DNA of 64,000 nucleotides from Thermodesulfobacteriota bacterium (GCA_049320885.1 JBMORA010000032.1:1-64000); one strand, 5' to 3'; shown: positions 1-14,424, counted from the stretch's first letter. The notes: generated by a model not told the origin, from the letters alone. Made by a program: numbers and translations.

Positions 1-1184
<1,184 letters not shown>

Positions 1185-1270
1185 CTTCCCGTCCTCCCCT
1201 CTTCGAAAACGGATATCACTATTACATGTGACCGTTTCATTTCCCCCCGCCGGGGGCCCCAATATCCTTA

Positions 1271-1741
1271 CTACCAGCGGTAATGGGCGAACGCCTTATT
1301 GGCTTCCGCCATTTTATGCGTATCTTCCCGTTTCTTGATGGCCGCGCCGCGCTCGTTGGCGGCGTCCAGAATCTCCGCCGCCAGTTTTCGGGCCATGCTG
1401 GTTTCAGAACGACCGCGGGCGAAGGTCAGTATCCACCGAATCGCCAGGGCAGTGCGCCGCGAAGGCCTGATCTCGGTGGGCACCTGATAGGTCGATCCAC
1501 CCACTCGTCTCGATTTCACTTCGATGGCCGGGCGAACATTTTCCACGGCTTTTTCAAAAATCTTCAGCGGGGCCTCACCTGCTTTTTCTTTAATAATATC
1601 GAAAGCCTCATACAGAATCAATTCGGCCTTGCTCTTCTTGCCGTCATGCATGATGCTCGAAACAAACTTGGCCACCAGTTTGCTGTTGTACTTTGAATCA
1701 GGAATGATCGTCCTCTCCGGGACCTCTCTTCTTCTCGGCAT
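1271..1741 (-). CDS. rpsG: 30S ribosomal protein S7
   Basis: MPRRREV...[12 protein letters not shown]...[12 protein letters not shown]; start adjusted to the ATG at 1741. Confidence 0.98.
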   Translation of the reverse strand: MPRRREVPERTIIPDSKYNSKLVAKFVSSIMHDGKKSKAELILYEAFDIIKEKAGEAPLKIFEKAVENVRPAIEVKSRRVGGSTYQVPTEIRPSRRTALAIRWILTFARGRSETSMARKLAAEILDAANERGAAIKKREDTHKMAEANKAFAHYRW

Positions 1742-1791
1742 ATCCTGCACCTAACTCGATTTATTGTTTATAAAATCCACCGTAGCGGGGG

Positions 1792-2163
1792 CTATTTCGG
1801 TTTTTTCGCACCATATTTGGATCGCCCTTGCTTTCGATCCTCCACCCCCAGCGTATCAAGAGTACCGCGGACTATGTGATATCGGACACCCGGGAGGTCC
1901 TTGACGCGTCCCCCACGAACCAGCACCACGGAGTGCTCCTGAAGATTATGCCCGATTCCCGGGATATAAGCGGTTACTTCTATGCCGGTGGTCAATCGAA
2001 CCCTGGCCACCTTCCGCAACGCCGAATTCGGTTTTTTCGGCGTGGACGTGTAAACACGGGTGCAAACACCGCGTTTTTGAGGCGCACCTTTCAGCGCGGG
2101 CGTATTGGTCTTCTTTTTGACCCGCTTTCTCCCCTTGCGAACTAACTGGTTTATCGTAGGCAT
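1792..2163 (-). CDS. rpsL: 30S ribosomal protein S12
   Basis: [12 protein letters not shown]...[11 protein letters not shown]...[10 protein letters not shown]. Confidence 0.99.
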   Translation of the reverse strand: MPTINQLVRKGRKRVKKKTNTPALKGAPQKRGVCTRVYTSTPKKPNSALRKVARVRLTTGIEVTAYIPGIGHNLQEHSVVLVRGGRVKDLPGVRYHIVRGTLDTLGVEDRKQGRSKYGAKKPK

Positions 2164-2222
2164 TCTCTTGCTAACTCCTTTGATTCACTTCCAATTTTAT
2201 GGACCAACACACAAAATAGCGC

Positions 2223-2251
2223 ATTCTATACTCATCGATCCACGTTGTCAA
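2223..2251 (-). promoter_or_regulatory. Sigma70-type promoter of rpsL-rpsG-tuf
   Basis: Minus strand TTGACA (2251-2246), 17 nt, TAGAAT (2228-2223), ~60 nt upstream of rpsL. Confidence 0.75.
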
Positions 2252-2331
2252 GCGCTTTATTCCGATTGGAGTTGCCTTTTCCAGCGGTTACAAATCCGCC
2301 GCAACCATCGGACGCCGACCATCTCCATGCC

Positions 2332-5300
2332 TCACTCCACAGCGGATTCGGTTTCGGTAATTTTTCGATCCACCAGGGTTTCAATTTCCAAATCCCGCAA
2401 CGACATCAACCCGGTGCCTGCGGGAATCAACCGGCCCATGATGACATTTTCCTTCAACCCCGTCAGGCTATCCACCTTGCCCTGTATGGCGGCATCCGTC
2501 AACACCTTGGTGGTTTCCTGAAAAGATGCAGCGGAAATAAAGCTGTCCGTTGAAAGTGACGCCTTGGTAATTCCTAGTATCAGCGGTTCACCGATGGCGG
2601 GCTTACCCCCTTTGGCCAGTACCGCCTGGTTGGTCGATTCAAAGCGATTGCGCTCCACCTGCTCTTCGGTGATAAAATCCGTATCGCCAATCTCTTTGAC
2701 CTTAACCTGGCGCATCATCTGCCGGACGATCACTTCTATGTGCTTGTCGTTAATCCGGACGCCCTGGAGGCGATACACTTCCTGAACTTCATCCACCAGA
2801 TATCTCGCCAAGGCCACTTCGCCCTTGATATTCAGTATGTCTTGAGGATTGGCCGCTCCGCCTACAACCTGCTCACCAGCGCGAATGTAATCCCCCTCAT
2901 ACACGTTGATATGCTTTCCACGGGGAATGAGGTATTCTTTTTTCTCGCCCACATCCACCGGCGTAATGGTGACTTTCTGCTTGCCCTTCTTGGTGGTTGC
3001 CTTGGCGATGGAGACATATCCATCGATCTCGCTCAATACCGCCACTTCCTTGGGTTTGCGGACTTCGAAAAGCTCCGCGACGCGGGGCAAGCCGCCCGTG
3101 ATATCCTTGGTCTTCGTGGTCGCCCGGGGTAATTTGGCAAGTACGTCCCCGGCCTTGACTTCATCGTTTTCTTCCACCAGCAAGATGGCGTCAACCGGCA
3201 ACATATAGCGGGCCAGTCCGCTCTTCCCTGTCAGAACCACGGTTTTTCCGGCTTCATCCTTGATGGATATCCGCGGACGCACATCGGCGGCCTTGGATTC
3301 GATGATGGTCCGGCTGGATTTTCCCGTTACCGGATCGACTTTTTCCTGCATGGTTTTCCCGGCCTCGATATCACCGAATTTTACCGTTCCCGCCACTTCC
3401 GTGATGATCGGGGTCGTAAAGGGATCCCAGGTGGCGATTAAATCGCCGACTTTCACCGGCTTTCCGTCCTCCACCATAATGTGGGCGCCATAAATGACCG
3501 GACAACGCTCGCGCTCCCTTCCGGTTTCGCTGACGATGGTGAACTCGCCACCGCGGCGATTCATGACAATGTACTGGTCTTCCGCATTGCGCACCACGTT
3601 CAACCCGCCATATTTGATGGTGCCTTCCACGCGGGCGCGGATATCGGCCTGTTCGACGCGTCTGCTTGCGGTTCCACCGATATGGAACGTCCGCATGGTC
3701 AACTGTGTCCCGGGTTCGCCGATGGATTGAGCTGCCAAAATGCCGACCGCCTGACCGATTTCCACCGGACCACCATGGGACAAATCCCGGCCATAGCATT
3801 TCGCGCATACACCGTAACGGGCCTTGCATGTCAGAACCGATCGGATTTTCACTTTCGCCAGACCCGATTCATCGATCAGTTTGACGGCATCCTCGTCGAA
3901 CTCCTCTCCTGCTTTCAACAGGACCTCGTCGGTAAACGGATCCAACACATCCTCAAGGGCTGTTCGCCCCAGAATTCTTTCATCCAGACGTTGAATGATT
4001 TCTCCGCCCTCCATCAACGCTTCGACTTCAATGCCCATCATGGTGCCGCAATCTTTTTCCATGACCGTGCAATCCTGGGCCACATCCGCGAGTCGTCGGG
4101 TGAGATATCCGGAGTTGGCCGTTTTCAAGGCCGTATCGGCCAACCCTTTCCGGGCGCCGTGGGTAGAAATGAAATACTGCAGAACCGTCAAACCCTCCCG
4201 GAAATTGGCGGTAATGGGGGTTTCAATGATTTCACCGGAAGGCTTCGCCATCAATCCCCGCATACCGGCCAGCTGACGCATCTGATCCTTGCTTCCCCGA
4301 GCGCCGGAATCCGCCATCATGAAAATGGAGTTCTGGTGAATCTTTTTCACCGAAGTAACTTCCGATCCTGAACCGCCCGCCGTTTGCTTCATGGAGTCCA
4401 TCATGGCGTCGGCGATTTCATCGGTGGCTTTGGCCCAGATATCCACCACCTTGTTATACTTCTCTCCCTGGGTGATCAATCCTTCGGTATATTGATTTCC
4501 GATTTCTTCGACTTTTTTCTCGGCGCTGTTGATAATGCTCCATTTGTTGGCCGGGATGATCATATCATCGATGGATATGGACAAACCGCCGATGGTGGAA
4601 TACCGGTAGCCGATGTCCTTCAGCTTGTCGGACAGGATGACGGTTGTTTTCGGTCCCGTGTTCCGGTACGCGTAATCCACCAGATCGCGCAAGGTTTTCT
4701 TATCCATCACGTGGTTGATGACATGGAAGGGAATCGCCGCTCGCTTATCCAGAATTTCGAACAGGTGATAACCGTCTTCCATGGTGATAATGCCGCTGAT
4801 TTCGCCTTTTTCCGAATTGAACAGGGCTTCCACCGCCTCCGGATCTTCAACCGGAAACACATTCATGAAATCTTCCTGGTTGAACCTTCCGATATAGCCG
4901 TTATTCTCCTTGTTTTTGGAATAGGCCTCCACCAACCCGCTAAAAGCCGCACCGTTTTGAATTTCATCCAGAATGGCCTTCGCGGTCTTTTTGGCGGTAA
5001 CCTTGATGCGCCGAAAAGTCATGATGGTATCTTTGGGAATAATCTCCCACAACAATATCCGTCCCACCGTGGTTTCCACCCGCGCCTGCCCCATCCGCAC
5101 CGTGATCGCGGCATGCAGATCGATGGTCCCGGCGTCATAGGCGGCCTGAACCTCGTCCGGATTGGAGAAAAGCATGCCCTCCCCCCTGGAGCCTGGAGTC
5201 GATCTCGTCAGGTAATAAAGTCCCAGAACGATATCCTGTGTCGGGACGATAATGGGGCTTCCGTTGGCCGGCGAAAGGATATTGTTGCTCGCGAGCATCA

Positions 5301-6747
5301 GTACCCGGGCCTCGATCTGGGATTCAACCGAAAGCGGAATATGAACCGCCATCTGATCACCGTCGAAATCCGCGTTGAAAGCCGTACAAACCAAGGGATG
5401 CAGTTGGATGGCCTTGCCCTCGATCAATACCGGTTCAAAGGCCTGAATGCCCAGTCGGTGCAACGTCGGCGCGCGGTTCAGCATCACCGGGTATTCCTTG
5501 ACGACCTCATCCAGCGTGTCCCATACTTCCGGTGACAACCGCTCCACCAGTTTTTTCGCGCTTTTTACCGTTGAAACAAAACCCTTGTGCTCGAGGCGGT
5601 GATAAACAAACGGTTTAAATAGTTCCAGGGCCATCTGTTTCGGCAAACCGCATTGATGCAACCGGAGATTCGGCCCGATGGTGATAACGGTTCGTCCCGA
5701 ATAATCCACCCGTTTTCCAAGCAGATTTTGCCGGAATCTTCCCTGCTTGCCCTTCAGCGTGTCGGACAGGGATTTCAACGGTCGCTTGTTGGTCCCCGTT
5801 ACGACCCGGCCGTGGCGGCCGTTGTCGAAAAGCACATCCACGGATTCCTGCAGCATCCGCTTTTCATTGCGCACGATGATGTCCGGCGCCTTGAGTTCCA
5901 TCAACCGTTTCAGCCGGTTATTCCGGTTGATCACCCGACGATACAGATCGTTCAGATCCGAAGTGGCGAACCGCCCGCCTTCCAGGGGGACGAGGGGCCT
6001 TAAATCCGGGGGAAGAACCGGGATGACGTCCATGATCATCCATTTGGGATCCACGCCGGAATTCCGGAAGGCATCGACGATCTTAAGCCGTTTGGCCAGT
6101 TTCTTACGCTTCGCATCCGATCCGGTGGCCGTAATTTCCTCGCGCAATTCGCGATAAACAACATTGAGATCAAGCTGCTCCAACAACTTCTTGACGGCCT
6201 CCGCTCCAATGCCGGCCTCAAATTTCGGGCCGTACAGTTCCAGGGCCTCATGATATTTTTCATCGGACAGCAGCTGTCCCCGCATCAGACCGGTTTCCTT
6301 GGGATCGATGACGATATAGCTGTCAAAATACAGAACCTTTTCCATATTCTTCAGCGTCAAATCCAATAAATTGCCGATCTTGCTGGGAAGGCTCTTCAAA
6401 AACCAGATATGGGCGATGGGCGTGGCCAGATCGATGTGCGCCAATCGATCCCTGCGCACTTTGGATTGAATGACTTCCACGCCGCATTTTTCACAAATGA
6501 CGCCCCGGTGTTTCATCCGTTTGTACTTACCGCAGTTGCACTCATAGTCCTTGGTGGGTCCGAATATTTTGGCACAAAAGAGACCATCTCTTTCCGGTTT
6601 GAACGTTCGGTAGTTGATGGTCTCGGGTTTTTTAATCTCCCCATGGGACCACTGGCGAATCTGTTCCGGAGACGCCAAGCTCACCTTCACACCGGAATAA
6701 AGCCTTGGATCTGTTGGTTTAGCAAAGAAATCGTAAATGGTTTCCAA
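2332..6747 (-). CDS. rpoC: RNA polymerase beta' subunit, carrying a ~100-aa insertion at ~4735-5034
   Basis: Zn finger CNCGKYK...[13 protein letters not shown] catalytic motif, bridge helix and trigger loop. Probable TTG start at 6747 (LETIYDFF) behind GGGGG SD-like sequence; the ORF track extends to 6774. Confidence 0.98.
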   Translation of the reverse strand: METIYDFFAKPTDPRLYSGVKVSLASPEQIRQWSHGEIKKPETINYRTFKPERDGLFCAKIFGPTKDYECNCGKYKRMKHRGVICEKCGVEVIQSKVRRDRLAHIDLATPIAHIWFLKSLPSKIGNLLDLTLKNMEKVLYFDSYIVIDPKETGLMRGQLLSDEKYHEALELYGPKFEAGIGAEAVKKLLEQLDLNVVYRELREEITATGSDAKRKKLAKRLKIVDAFRNSGVDPKWMIMDVIPVLPPDLRPLVPLEGGRFATSDLNDLYRRVINRNNRLKRLMELKAPDIIVRNEKRMLQESVDVLFDNGRHGRVVTGTNKRPLKSLSDTLKGKQGRFRQNLLGKRVDYSGRTVITIGPNLRLHQCGLPKQMALELFKPFVYHRLEHKGFVSTVKSAKKLVERLSPEVWDTLDEVVKEYPVMLNRAPTLHRLGIQAFEPVLIEGKAIQLHPLVCTAFNADFDGDQMAVHIPLSVESQIEARVLMLASNNILSPANGSPIIVPTQDIVLGLYYLTRSTPGSRGEGMLFSNPDEVQAAYDAGTIDLHAAITVRMGQARVETTVGRILLWEIIPKDTIMTFRRIKVTAKKTAKAILDEIQNGAAFSGLVEAYSKNKENNGYIGRFNQEDFMNVFPVEDPEAVEALFNSEKGEISGIITMEDGYHLFEILDKRAAIPFHVINHVMDKKTLRDLVDYAYRNTGPKTTVILSDKLKDIGYRYSTIGGLSISIDDMIIPANKWSIINSAEKKVEEIGNQYTEGLITQGEKYNKVVDIWAKATDEIADAMMDSMKQTAGGSGSEVTSVKKIHQNSIFMMADSGARGSKDQMRQLAGMRGLMAKPSGEIIETPITANFREGLTVLQYFISTHGARKGLADTALKTANSGYLTRRLADVAQDCTVMEKDCGTMMGIEVEALMEGGEIIQRLDERILGRTALEDVLDPFTDEVLLKAGEEFDEDAVKLIDESGLAKVKIRSVLTCKARYGVCAKCYGRDLSHGGPVEIGQAVGILAAQSIGEPGTQLTMRTFHIGGTASRRVEQADIRARVEGTIKYGGLNVVRNAEDQYIVMNRRGGEFTIVSETGRERERCPVIYGAHIMVEDGKPVKVGDLIATWDPFTTPIITEVAGTVKFGDIEAGKTMQEKVDPVTGKSSRTIIESKAADVRPRISIKDEAGKTVVLTGKSGLARYMLPVDAILLVEENDEVKAGDVLAKLPRATTKTKDITGGLPRVAELFEVRKPKEVAVLSEIDGYVSIAKATTKKGKQKVTITPVDVGEKKEYLIPRGKHINVYEGDYIRAGEQVVGGAANPQDILNIKGEVALARYLVDEVQEVYRLQGVRINDKHIEVIVRQMMRQVKVKEIGDTDFITEEQVERNRFESTNQAVLAKGGKPAIGEPLILGITKASLSTDSFISAASFQETTKVLTDAAIQGKVDSLTGLKENVIMGRLIPAGTGLMSLRDLEIETLVDRKITETESAVE

Positions 6748-6757
6748 TCGTAGCCCC

Positions 6758-9700
6758 CTACTGTTTTCTCTCAATAAGGTTTATATCCAGCCCTAGGCTC
6801 TGCAGCTCTTTAATCAACACCCGGAAGGATTCAGGCAACCCCGGCTCCAGGACATTCTGTCCTTTCACGATCTTCTCGTACATGCGCGTCCTGCCAGCCA
6901 TATCATCCGATTTGACGGTGAGGAATTCCTGCAATGCATGCGCTGCACCGTATGCCTCCATGGCCCAGACTTCCATTTCTCCCAGCCTCTGACCGCCGAA
7001 TTGGGCTTTCCCACCCAACGGTTGCTGGGTTACCAGCGAATATGGGCCGATGGATCGCGCATGGATCTTGTCGTCCACCAGGTGATGAAGCTTAAGCATA
7101 TACATGGTTCCCACGGTCACTTTTTCGTGAAACGCTTCGCCCGTTCTACCGTCGTATAAAACCGCCTGACCGCTCTCGTCCACACCGGCTTCCGTGAGCA
7201 AGGTCTTGATTTCCTCCTCCTTTGCTCCGTCGAATACCGGGGTCGCCATATGGACCCCTTCCCGGTAATCTTCGGCGAATTCGAGTAAATCCTGGTCATT
7301 CAACTGTTGAATCTTGTCGTATTCCGGTTCCGAATCGAAAATCCGGTTGAGTTTTTCCCGCAACTCTTTGGTTTTCCGCTCTTCGATCAACCGTTCGATC
7401 TGGGCTCCCAGGGACCTTGCCGCGCGCCCCAGGTGAATCTCCAGAATCTGTCCCACGTTCATCCGGGAGGGAACCCCCAGGGGGTTCAGAATCATATCCA
7501 CCGTCAGGCCGTTTTTGAAATAGGGTAAATCCTCCTGCGGCAGGATACGGGAAACCACGCCTTTATTTCCATGCCGGCCGGCCATTTTGTCGCCCACCGA
7601 CAGAATCCGCTTCATCGCCACATAGATTTTGATGAGTTTGATCACCCCGGGCGGCAGGTCATCACCTTTTTCGTATCGGCTGACGCTCTCCTCAAACCGC
7701 TGCTTGCTGCTCTCTTTTTGTTCCCTCACGCGATCCAGCAACTCATGGAGCCCTTCGGTCAACTCGGGGTTTTCCATGACGATCCCCTCCATCTGATCCA
7801 TCGGCAGTTCCATCAGGGCTTCTCTGGTGATTACCTTGCCTTTTACGATCAGCGATTTTTTACCGACCTTGATGGAAGTCTCGCATTTGTTGCCTACGAT
7901 CAATTTCTCAAGATGTTCGCGCGCTACTTCCTCGATGATCCGGATTTCATCCTCCCTGTTCTTTTCAAGGAGGGCGATTTCCTGATCCTCGATCTCCCGG
8001 GCCCGATCATCCTTATCAACGCCCCTGCGTGAAAACACCTTGGCGTCAATAACGATGCCTTCAACCCCGGGGGGAACCCGAAGGGAGGTGTCTTTAACAT
8101 CACCGGCTTTTTCGCCGAAAATCGCTCGCAGTAGTTTTTCTTCGGGTGAGAGCTGTGTCTCTCCCTTGGGTGTAATTTTGCCCACAAGGATATCGCCCGG
8201 CTTAACCTCGGCACCCAGGCGGATGATCCCGCTTTCATCCAAATCCTTCAGCGTTTCTTCGCCCACGTTGGGAATGTCCCGGGTTATTTCCTCTTTACCG
8301 AGTTTTGTATCCCTCGCAACAACTTCAAATTCCTCGATGTGCACGGAAGTAAAGACATTGTCCCGCACCAGGTGTTCGCTGACCAGGATGGAATCCTCGA
8401 AATTATATCCTCCCCAAGGCATGAAGGCCACGGTAACATTTTTACCCAGTGCGAGCTCGCCCTTTTCCGTTGCCGGACCGTCTGCGATAATATCGCCCGC
8501 AACCACCCGCTGCCCTTTTGTAACAATCGGACGATGATTGAAACAGGTGTTTTGATTGGAGCGAATGAATTTGGAAAGATTATAGATCGTGACAAAACTG
8601 TTGCCGTTCCTTATTTCCGACGCGTCGTGCTTCAGAACGATCCGGTCCGCGCTTACATCAACCACCAACCCGTCTCTGCGCGCGACAATCGTCACTCCCG
8701 AGTCTTTGGCCACGACACCTTCGATTCCGGTTCCCACGAGGGGGGCCTTGGTTTGGGTCAAGGGAACGGCCTGCCGTTGCATGTTGGAGCCCATCAGGGC
8801 CCTGTTGGCGTCGTCGTTTTCCAAGAAGGGAATCAGGGATGCGGAAACGCTCACCAGCTGATTTGGTGAAACATCCATCAACTCAATATCGCCGGCCTTC
8901 ACCATCATGAATTCGCCGCCCACCCGGGAAGTGACCAAGGGATTGACATACCGGTTTTTTTCATTGATGGGCGCGTTCGCCTGGGCAATGGGATGTTCCT
9001 TTTCCTCGAAAGCGCTGAGCAGCTTCACCTTATCGGTAACCGTCGCCTCTTTCACCACCCGATAAGGAGTTTCAATAAATCCGTAATCATTGACCCTGGC
9101 ATACGTCGACAGGGAAACGATCAGTCCGATATTGGGACCTTCAGGGGTCTCGATGGGGCAAATACGACCATAGTGGGAGGGATGAACATCCCGAACCTCA
9201 AAACCCGCCCTTTCACGTGTCAGACCTCCCGGACCAAGCGCGCTCAGCCGCCGCTTGTGCGTCGTTTCGGACAACGGATTGGTCTGATCCATGAACTGCG
9301 AGAGCTGGCTGGTACCGAAAAATTCTTTGACCACGGCGGATACCGGTTTTGGATTCACCAGATCATGGGGCATCAGCGCATCGACTTCCTGCATACTCAT
9401 GCGTTCCTTGATGGCGCGTTCCATCCGCACCAAGCCGATGCGATACTGATTTTCCATTAATTCTCCAACCGCCCTGACCCGACGGTTACCCAAGTGATCG
9501 ATATCATCCACGACCCCTTGGGTATCCCGCAATTCCACCAAGGTTTTGGCAGTCAACAGAATATCTTCTTTTCTTAGTGTTTTAAGTTCGATGGGTGTAT
9601 TGATGCCCAGACGGTGATTCAATTTCAATCGGCCCACGCCGGATAAGTCATAATATGCGGATTTGAAGAACAGATGGTCGATGAAATCCAGCGCGACTTC

Positions 9701-10858
9701 GGGCGTCGCCGGATTGCCGGGCCGCAGCCGCCGATAGATTTCGATCAGGGCCTCTTCCTTGCTTTCCACTTTATCCAACTGCAGGGTTTTGCGGATCGAA
9801 TCGCTGCTGTATGCGCCTTCGACCTGGAGCAAATCGAATTCCTTGACACCCAACTCGACCAATTTATCAATGGTTTCCGCGAAGATAACTTCCGTGGAGT
9901 TGGCTATTTTTTCCCCCGTCTCCGGATGCTGGACCTCGGAGGCAAAGGACTTCCCGAGGATATCTTCGGGCAGAATGGGCACCATGTCCATTTCGCTGGT
10001 CTGCAACTGCCGCAGCGATCGCTTGGTGAAGATCCGACCTTTTTTCACCACGACTTCGCCTGTTTTCGGATCCTTGATGTCGCAACTGGCGCGCAGACCC
10101 TTCAGGATATCCTCATCAAAACGCCGGAACAGTTTCTTCCGCTTTATATAAATCCTGTCTTTTTTGTAAAAATAATCGAGCAGATCGGCCGTCGTATACC
10201 CGAACGCCTTGAACAGCAGCGTCACCGGAAATTTTCGTCTCCGGTCGATACGGATGTACACGACATCCTTCGGATCAATCTCCATATCGATCCACGACCC
10301 GCGAACGGGTATGATTCTAGCGGTATAAATGATTTTTCCGCTGGAATGGGTTTTTCCTTTGTCATGATCAAAGAAAACACCTGATGAGCGGTGCAGCTGA
10401 CTGACAACGACGCGTTCGGTTCCATTGATAATGAAGGTGCCTTTTTCGGTCATCAGCGGGATGGTGCCGAAATAAATTTCCTGTTCCTTAATGTCACGTA
10501 TGTTGGAGACTCCGGATTCCTTGTCGACATCATAAACCACCAATCGGATGCGGATGCGCACGGGTATTTCGTACGTCATGCCCCTGTGAATGCACTCATG
10601 AACGGAATGCTTCACCTCGCCGAAGCTGTAGGAAACGAATTCCAGGGATGCGCTTCCCGTAAAATCGTTGATGGGAAAAACCGATTTGAATACAGCCTGC
10701 AATCCAATATCCTGGCGCGCTTCCGGCGGAGTATTCATTTGCAGGAACCGGTTGTAGGACTCCCGCTGCATCCCGATCAGATCCGGAATCTCTACAATTT
10801 TATGAATTTTGCCGAAATTCTTCCGTATTCGCTTTTTGGCCAAAAGCATTTCCGACAT
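6758..10858 (-). CDS. rpoB: RNA polymerase beta subunit
   Basis: [42 protein letters not shown]. Confidence 0.99.
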   Translation of the reverse strand: MSEMLLAKKRIRKNFGKIHKIVEIPDLIGMQRESYNRFLQMNTPPEARQDIGLQAVFKSVFPINDFTGSASLEFVSYSFGEVKHSVHECIHRGMTYEIPVRIRIRLVVYDVDKESGVSNIRDIKEQEIYFGTIPLMTEKGTFIINGTERVVVSQLHRSSGVFFDHDKGKTHSSGKIIYTARIIPVRGSWIDMEIDPKDVVYIRIDRRRKFPVTLLFKAFGYTTADLLDYFYKKDRIYIKRKKLFRRFDEDILKGLRASCDIKDPKTGEVVVKKGRIFTKRSLRQLQTSEMDMVPILPEDILGKSFASEVQHPETGEKIANSTEVIFAETIDKLVELGVKEFDLLQVEGAYSSDSIRKTLQLDKVESKEEALIEIYRRLRPGNPATPEVALDFIDHLFFKSAYYDLSGVGRLKLNHRLGINTPIELKTLRKEDILLTAKTLVELRDTQGVVDDIDHLGNRRVRAVGELMENQYRIGLVRMERAIKERMSMQEVDALMPHDLVNPKPVSAVVKEFFGTSQLSQFMDQTNPLSETTHKRRLSALGPGGLTRERAGFEVRDVHPSHYGRICPIETPEGPNIGLIVSLSTYARVNDYGFIETPYRVVKEATVTDKVKLLSAFEEKEHPIAQANAPINEKNRYVNPLVTSRVGGEFMMVKAGDIELMDVSPNQLVSVSASLIPFLENDDANRALMGSNMQRQAVPLTQTKAPLVGTGIEGVVAKDSGVTIVARRDGLVVDVSADRIVLKHDASEIRNGNSFVTIYNLSKFIRSNQNTCFNHRPIVTKGQRVVAGDIIADGPATEKGELALGKNVTVAFMPWGGYNFEDSILVSEHLVRDNVFTSVHIEEFEVVARDTKLGKEEITRDIPNVGEETLKDLDESGIIRLGAEVKPGDILVGKITPKGETQLSPEEKLLRAIFGEKAGDVKDTSLRVPPGVEGIVIDAKVFSRRGVDKDDRAREIEDQEIALLEKNREDEIRIIEEVAREHLEKLIVGNKCETSIKVGKKSLIVKGKVITREALMELPMDQMEGIVMENPELTEGLHELLDRVREQKESSKQRFEESVSRYEKGDDLPPGVIKLIKIYVAMKRILSVGDKMAGRHGNKGVVSRILPQEDLPYFKNGLTVDMILNPLGVPSRMNVGQILEIHLGRAARSLGAQIERLIEERKTKELREKLNRIFDSEPEYDKIQQLNDQDLLEFAEDYREGVHMATPVFDGAKEEEIKTLLTEAGVDESGQAVLYDGRTGEAFHEKVTVGTMYMLKLHHLVDDKIHARSIGPYSLVTQQPLGGKAQFGGQRLGEMEVWAMEAYGAAHALQEFLTVKSDDMAGRTRMYEKIVKGQNVLEPGLPESFRVLIKELQSLGLDINLIERKQ

Positions 10859-10987
10859 GCCGTCTCCAAATATAATGGTTTCGGGATTGTGGAAAGACCA
10901 GATCGCAGTGGATCTTTCAATCAGTCTCCCACAATCCCGCAGGTGTATTATCGCGCAAATTTCGTATGAATGAACCGCCCGATTTGA

Positions 10988-11374
10988 CTACTTAATTTCT
11001 ACTTGTGCCCCAGCTTCTTCCAACTGGACCTTGATCTTGTCGGCTTCTTCCTTGGCAATGCCTTCCTTAACGGGTTTGGGCGCCTCATCGACCAGACTCT
11101 TGGCCTCTTTCAGCCCCAGACCGGTAATGGCTCGGACTTCTTTGATAACCTGGATTTTTTTGTCGCCGGCAGTGACGAGAATGACATCAAACTCGGTTTT
11201 TTCCTCAACAGCGGCGGCTCCCGCATCACCCACCGGGCCGGCCGCCATCATGGCCACCGGAGCCGCAGCCGAAACGCCGAATTTGGTTTCCAGTTCCTTT
11301 ACCATTTCGGACAATTCCAGTACCGTCATGTTCGCAATAAATTCAATAACATCTTCTTTTTTAATATCCGCCAT
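10988..11374 (-). CDS. rplL: 50S ribosomal protein L7/L12
   Basis: MADIKKEDV...[10 protein letters not shown]...[15 protein letters not shown] before the ATG at 11374. Confidence 0.97.
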   Translation of the reverse strand: MADIKKEDVIEFIANMTVLELSEMVKELETKFGVSAAAPVAMMAAGPVGDAGAAAVEEKTEFDVILVTAGDKKIQVIKEVRAITGLGLKEAKSLVDEAPKPVKEGIAKEEADKIKVQLEEAGAQVEIK

Positions 11375-11453
11375 TTTATCCTCCAAATGAGTTTATACAA
11401 ATTCTTTTGATCATCGGTTTCGGCTTCTTCGACTATCGATACTTGATAGCACT

Positions 11454-11975
11454 TCAGGCCGCTTCTTTCTTGTCCTTGATTGCCTGAAGAACATTCAACA
11501 GTCGCACCGGTACATCGTTCAATGCCCTGACCAGGCCAGTGGCCACGCCGTTCATGGCCGACAGCAGTTGACCGAGCAATATTTCGCGTGAGGGAAGCTG
11601 GGACAATGCCTTGATGCCCTCGGGATCGATCACCTTGCCGTTCAGAACACCCATCTTGATTTGCAGCTTATCGTTCTCAGCCGCGAATTTGGTTAAAATT
11701 TTGGCTGGAGCGACGGGGTCGTCATAACTCAAGGCCACCGCACTCGGTCCTTTGTAATACGCGTTCAATTTCGAGGCATCCGTTCCTTCGGCTGCTCTTT
11801 TGATCAGCGTATTTTTAGCGACTCGATAGTCGACTTTCGCTTCCGTCAGCTTGCGCCGGAGATCACTGACCTCGCCCACGTTCAGGCCTTTGTAATCGGT
11901 CAGAATAACGATCTTCGATTTTTCGAAGCGACCGTGCAGTTCTTCTACGATTTGTGCTTTTTCATCTCGATTCAA
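11454..11975 (-). CDS. rplJ: 50S ribosomal protein L10
   Basis: DYKGLNV...LRRKL...VAKNTL...LPSREILL; TTG start behind AGGAGGTG. Confidence 0.96.
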   Translation of the reverse strand: MNRDEKAQIVEELHGRFEKSKIVILTDYKGLNVGEVSDLRRKLTEAKVDYRVAKNTLIKRAAEGTDASKLNAYYKGPSAVALSYDDPVAPAKILTKFAAENDKLQIKMGVLNGKVIDPEGIKALSQLPSREILLGQLLSAMNGVATGLVRALNDVPVRLLNVLQAIKDKKEAA

Positions 11976-12039
11976 AGAATTCCACCTCCTTCTTTCATCT
12001 GTAAAAAACCGGAGGTTCTCACCGGAAATGGCGCGAACA

Positions 12040-12101
12040 TGCTGTCTCGGTAGGCCGGCATCACCGATTATTCACATTCTGTGAACCTACGGTCTTTGAC
12101 A
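12040..12101 (-). promoter_or_regulatory. L10 leader (autogenous translational control RNA)
   Basis: Minus strand AAGACCGTAGG...CCTACCGAGA, the typical kink-turn-type core, located between rplA and rplJ. Confidence 0.7.
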
Positions 12102-12209
12102 GAAAGTAATAAATATTCCGGAGACGGACGGAATACTCCGCCCGCTCCGGGTTCAATCATGCAAAACAGATTGGATGCTATTGCTGAAAAGAAAACCCGA
12201 ACGAATCGC

Positions 12210-12917
12210 CTATTGTTTCGTGTAGTCTTTCGCCAGGTTGGTATCAATCTTTATCCCCGGCCCCATGGTGGTGGAAATAGCGATCCCTTTCAGATAAATT
12301 CCTTTGCTGGATGTCGGTTTTAACCGAATCACCCGATCGAGAAATGCATTGAAATTATCGATCAGCTTCTCAACACCGAACGACACTTTTCCAAGAGGTG
12401 CATGCACGATTCCGGCTTTTTCAACCCGAAATTCGATTTTACCGGCCTTCAATTCCTGAACAGCCCGACCCACCTCGAAAGTGACCGTACCGGTTTTCGC
12501 GTTCGGCATCAACCCTCGCGGCCCCAGCAGCTTGCCGATCTTGCCGACGGTCCCCATGACATCCGGAGTCGCCACAGCCTTATCGAATCCAAACCAGCCG
12601 CCTTTGATTTTCTCCACAATATCCTCATTGCCGGCGAAATCGGCGCCTGCATCCAGCGCCTCCTTCTCCTTTTCACCCTTGGCGAAAACCAGGACCTTGA
12701 CTTCCTTTCCTATACCATGGGGAAGGACAACGGTTCCCCGGACCATCTGGTCTGCATGGCGCGGGTCGACCCCAAGCTTTACCGCCACGTCAACGGTTTC
12801 ATCAAATTTGGCATAGGACGACGCCAGCGCGATCGCAAAAGCCTCTTTTAGATCGTGACGCTTTTGACGGTCGATCTTCCCCACCATCTCTTTATACTTT
12901 TTACCCCGCTTCGGCAT
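12210..12917 (-). CDS. rplA: 50S ribosomal protein L1
   Basis: KFDETVD...[13 protein letters not shown]...LGPRGLMPN...STTMGPG. Confidence 0.98.
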   Translation of the reverse strand: MPKRGKKYKEMVGKIDRQKRHDLKEAFAIALASSYAKFDETVDVAVKLGVDPRHADQMVRGTVVLPHGIGKEVKVLVFAKGEKEKEALDAGADFAGNEDIVEKIKGGWFGFDKAVATPDVMGTVGKIGKLLGPRGLMPNAKTGTVTFEVGRAVQELKAGKIEFRVEKAGIVHAPLGKVSFGVEKLIDNFNAFLDRVIRLKPTSSKGIYLKGIAISTTMGPGIKIDTNLAKDYTKQ

Positions 12918-12943
12918 TTTAACGTACCTGCTCCTTCAATTTG

Positions 12944-13366
12944 TTAGGCTACCTCGATTCCCATGCTTCGGGCTGTTCCAGCAATTATTTTACAGGCAGC
13001 ATCCAGGTCATTGGCATTCAAATCCGACATCTTCAATTTGGCGATCTCCTCAACCTGTTTCTGAGTCACCTTTGCCACCTTGACCCGCTTCGGGTCGCCC
13101 GAACCTTTGGCGATTTTAGCGGCTTTTTTCAGAAGTACGGCCGCGGGTGGAGTTTTGGTAATGAATTTGAATGTTCGATCTTGAAAAACGGTAATGACAA
13201 CCGGTATGATCATACCTTCTTCGCCGGCTGTTCTGGCATTGAAGGCTTTACAGAAATCCATTATATTAACGCCGTGCTGTCCCAGCGCAGGACCGATCGG
13301 TGGCGAAGGATTCGCTTTTCCGGCGGGCACCTGCAGTTTGATTTGTGTGATTACTTTTTTTGCCAT
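12944..13366 (-). CDS. rplK: 50S ribosomal protein L11
   Basis: [23 protein letters not shown]...GTARSMG. Confidence 0.98.
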   Translation of the reverse strand: MAKKVITQIKLQVPAGKANPSPPIGPALGQHGVNIMDFCKAFNARTAGEEGMIIPVVITVFQDRTFKFITKTPPAAVLLKKAAKIAKGSGDPKRVKVAKVTQKQVEEIAKLKMSDLNANDLDAACKIIAGTARSMGIEVA

Positions 13367-13385
13367 CTTCCCTAAGCTCCTGACA

Positions 13386-13916
13386 CTATAATTTTGTCAC
13401 CTGAACGAAATCCAGTTCCACAGGTGTCGACCTACCGAAGATACTCACCAGCACCTTGATTTTGCCTTTTTCCGGATTGACATCATCGACGACTCCATTA
13501 AAATTTGTAAAAGGGCCATCAATGACCCGGATGTCATCTCCCGGTTCAAAAAAATATTTCGGCTGGGGTTTTGTCTGCCCCGCCTCCATGCGATGTAATA
13601 TCTGCAAAGCTTCTTCATCCGGAATCGGCGCCGGCTTATCCTTGCCGCCCAAGAAGCCGGTTACTTTAGCGGTATTATTGACAATATGCCACGTCTCATC
13701 GTCCAGTTCCATCCGTACCAGGATATATCCGGGATAGAACTTGCGGGACGACTCCTTCTTTTTTCCTTTGACAAGTTCCACCACCTGTTCCGTCGGTACC
13801 AGCACCTGGTCGAATTTTTCAGGATGAGGGGAGGCTGAAATACGCTCCTCAAGAGCCGTCTTCACCTTGTTCTCAAATCCTGAATAAACATGGACCACAT
13901 ACCATCGTAATGCCAC
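13386..13916 (-). CDS. nusG: Transcription termination/antitermination factor NusG
   Basis: [11 protein letters not shown]...FYPGYILV; C-terminal KOW VIDGPF...[10 protein letters not shown]. Confidence 0.98.
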   Translation of the reverse strand: MALRWYVVHVYSGFENKVKTALEERISASPHPEKFDQVLVPTEQVVELVKGKKKESSRKFYPGYILVRMELDDETWHIVNNTAKVTGFLGGKDKPAPIPDEEALQILHRMEAGQTKPQPKYFFEPGDDIRVIDGPFTNFNGVVDDVNPEKGKIKVLVSIFGRSTPVELDFVQVTKL

Positions 13917-13937
13917 TATCCCTCTCCTTGATATTGC

Positions 13938-14330
13938 TTAGTGCAGGACAAAACGGACCACACTGGACAAACCGGCATCGACCAACCCCAGAAAAAGGGA
14001 AATAATCATTACCAAAACAATGACAACAGCAGTGGATCCCAATGTTTGGGTACGCGAGGGCCATGTCACCTTCTTTAATTCAACCTTCACTTCCCGCAAA
14101 AACTGCATCCATTCATCAAGCTTTTCTTTGAACGGTCCGGAAGGCTTGGCAGGCGCCTCGGGTTTCACTTTTAACAAAACCGGCTTCTTTTTATCCCGGG
14201 AAAAATCCGTCAGCGAAATGACCTTTTTCTTTTCATCAGCCTCGCTGTCCGGGGAAGACACAACCGTACCATCATCCGGCTTTTTTTTCTTCTTCTTGTC
14301 CGTCGGTTTTTTTCTTAATAGTTTTCCCAT
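13938..14330 (-). CDS. secE: Preprotein translocase SecE with a long Lys-rich N-terminus
   Basis: FLREVKVELKKVTWPSR followed by one TM helix; lies between tRNA-Trp and nusG. Confidence 0.93.
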   Translation of the reverse strand: MGKLLRKKPTDKKKKKKPDDGTVVSSPDSEADEKKKVISLTDFSRDKKKPVLLKVKPEAPAKPSGPFKEKLDEWMQFLREVKVELKKVTWPSRTQTLGSTAVVIVLVMIISLFLGLVDAGLSSVVRFVLH

Positions 14331-14424
14331 CTTGCTCCTGAGCTTTCAATCGCGCGGGCTGTCTCGCGGAAATGGTCGGTCCCTCGTTTCCGCCAAACCG
14401 TTCGTGCAATAGTTGGTAACGGGT

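Noticed and set aside
1792..2163. Streptomycin-resistance substitutions in S12
   Set aside because: TPKKPNSA and RVKDLPG are the wild-type motifs.
3100..3670. Large insert in the beta' trigger loop
   Set aside because: Corresponds to the known SI3/beta'i6 SBHM insertion of Proteobacteria and related lineages.
9120..9330. Rifampicin-resistance changes in RpoB
   Set aside because: The key residues in [23 protein letters not shown] appear canonical.
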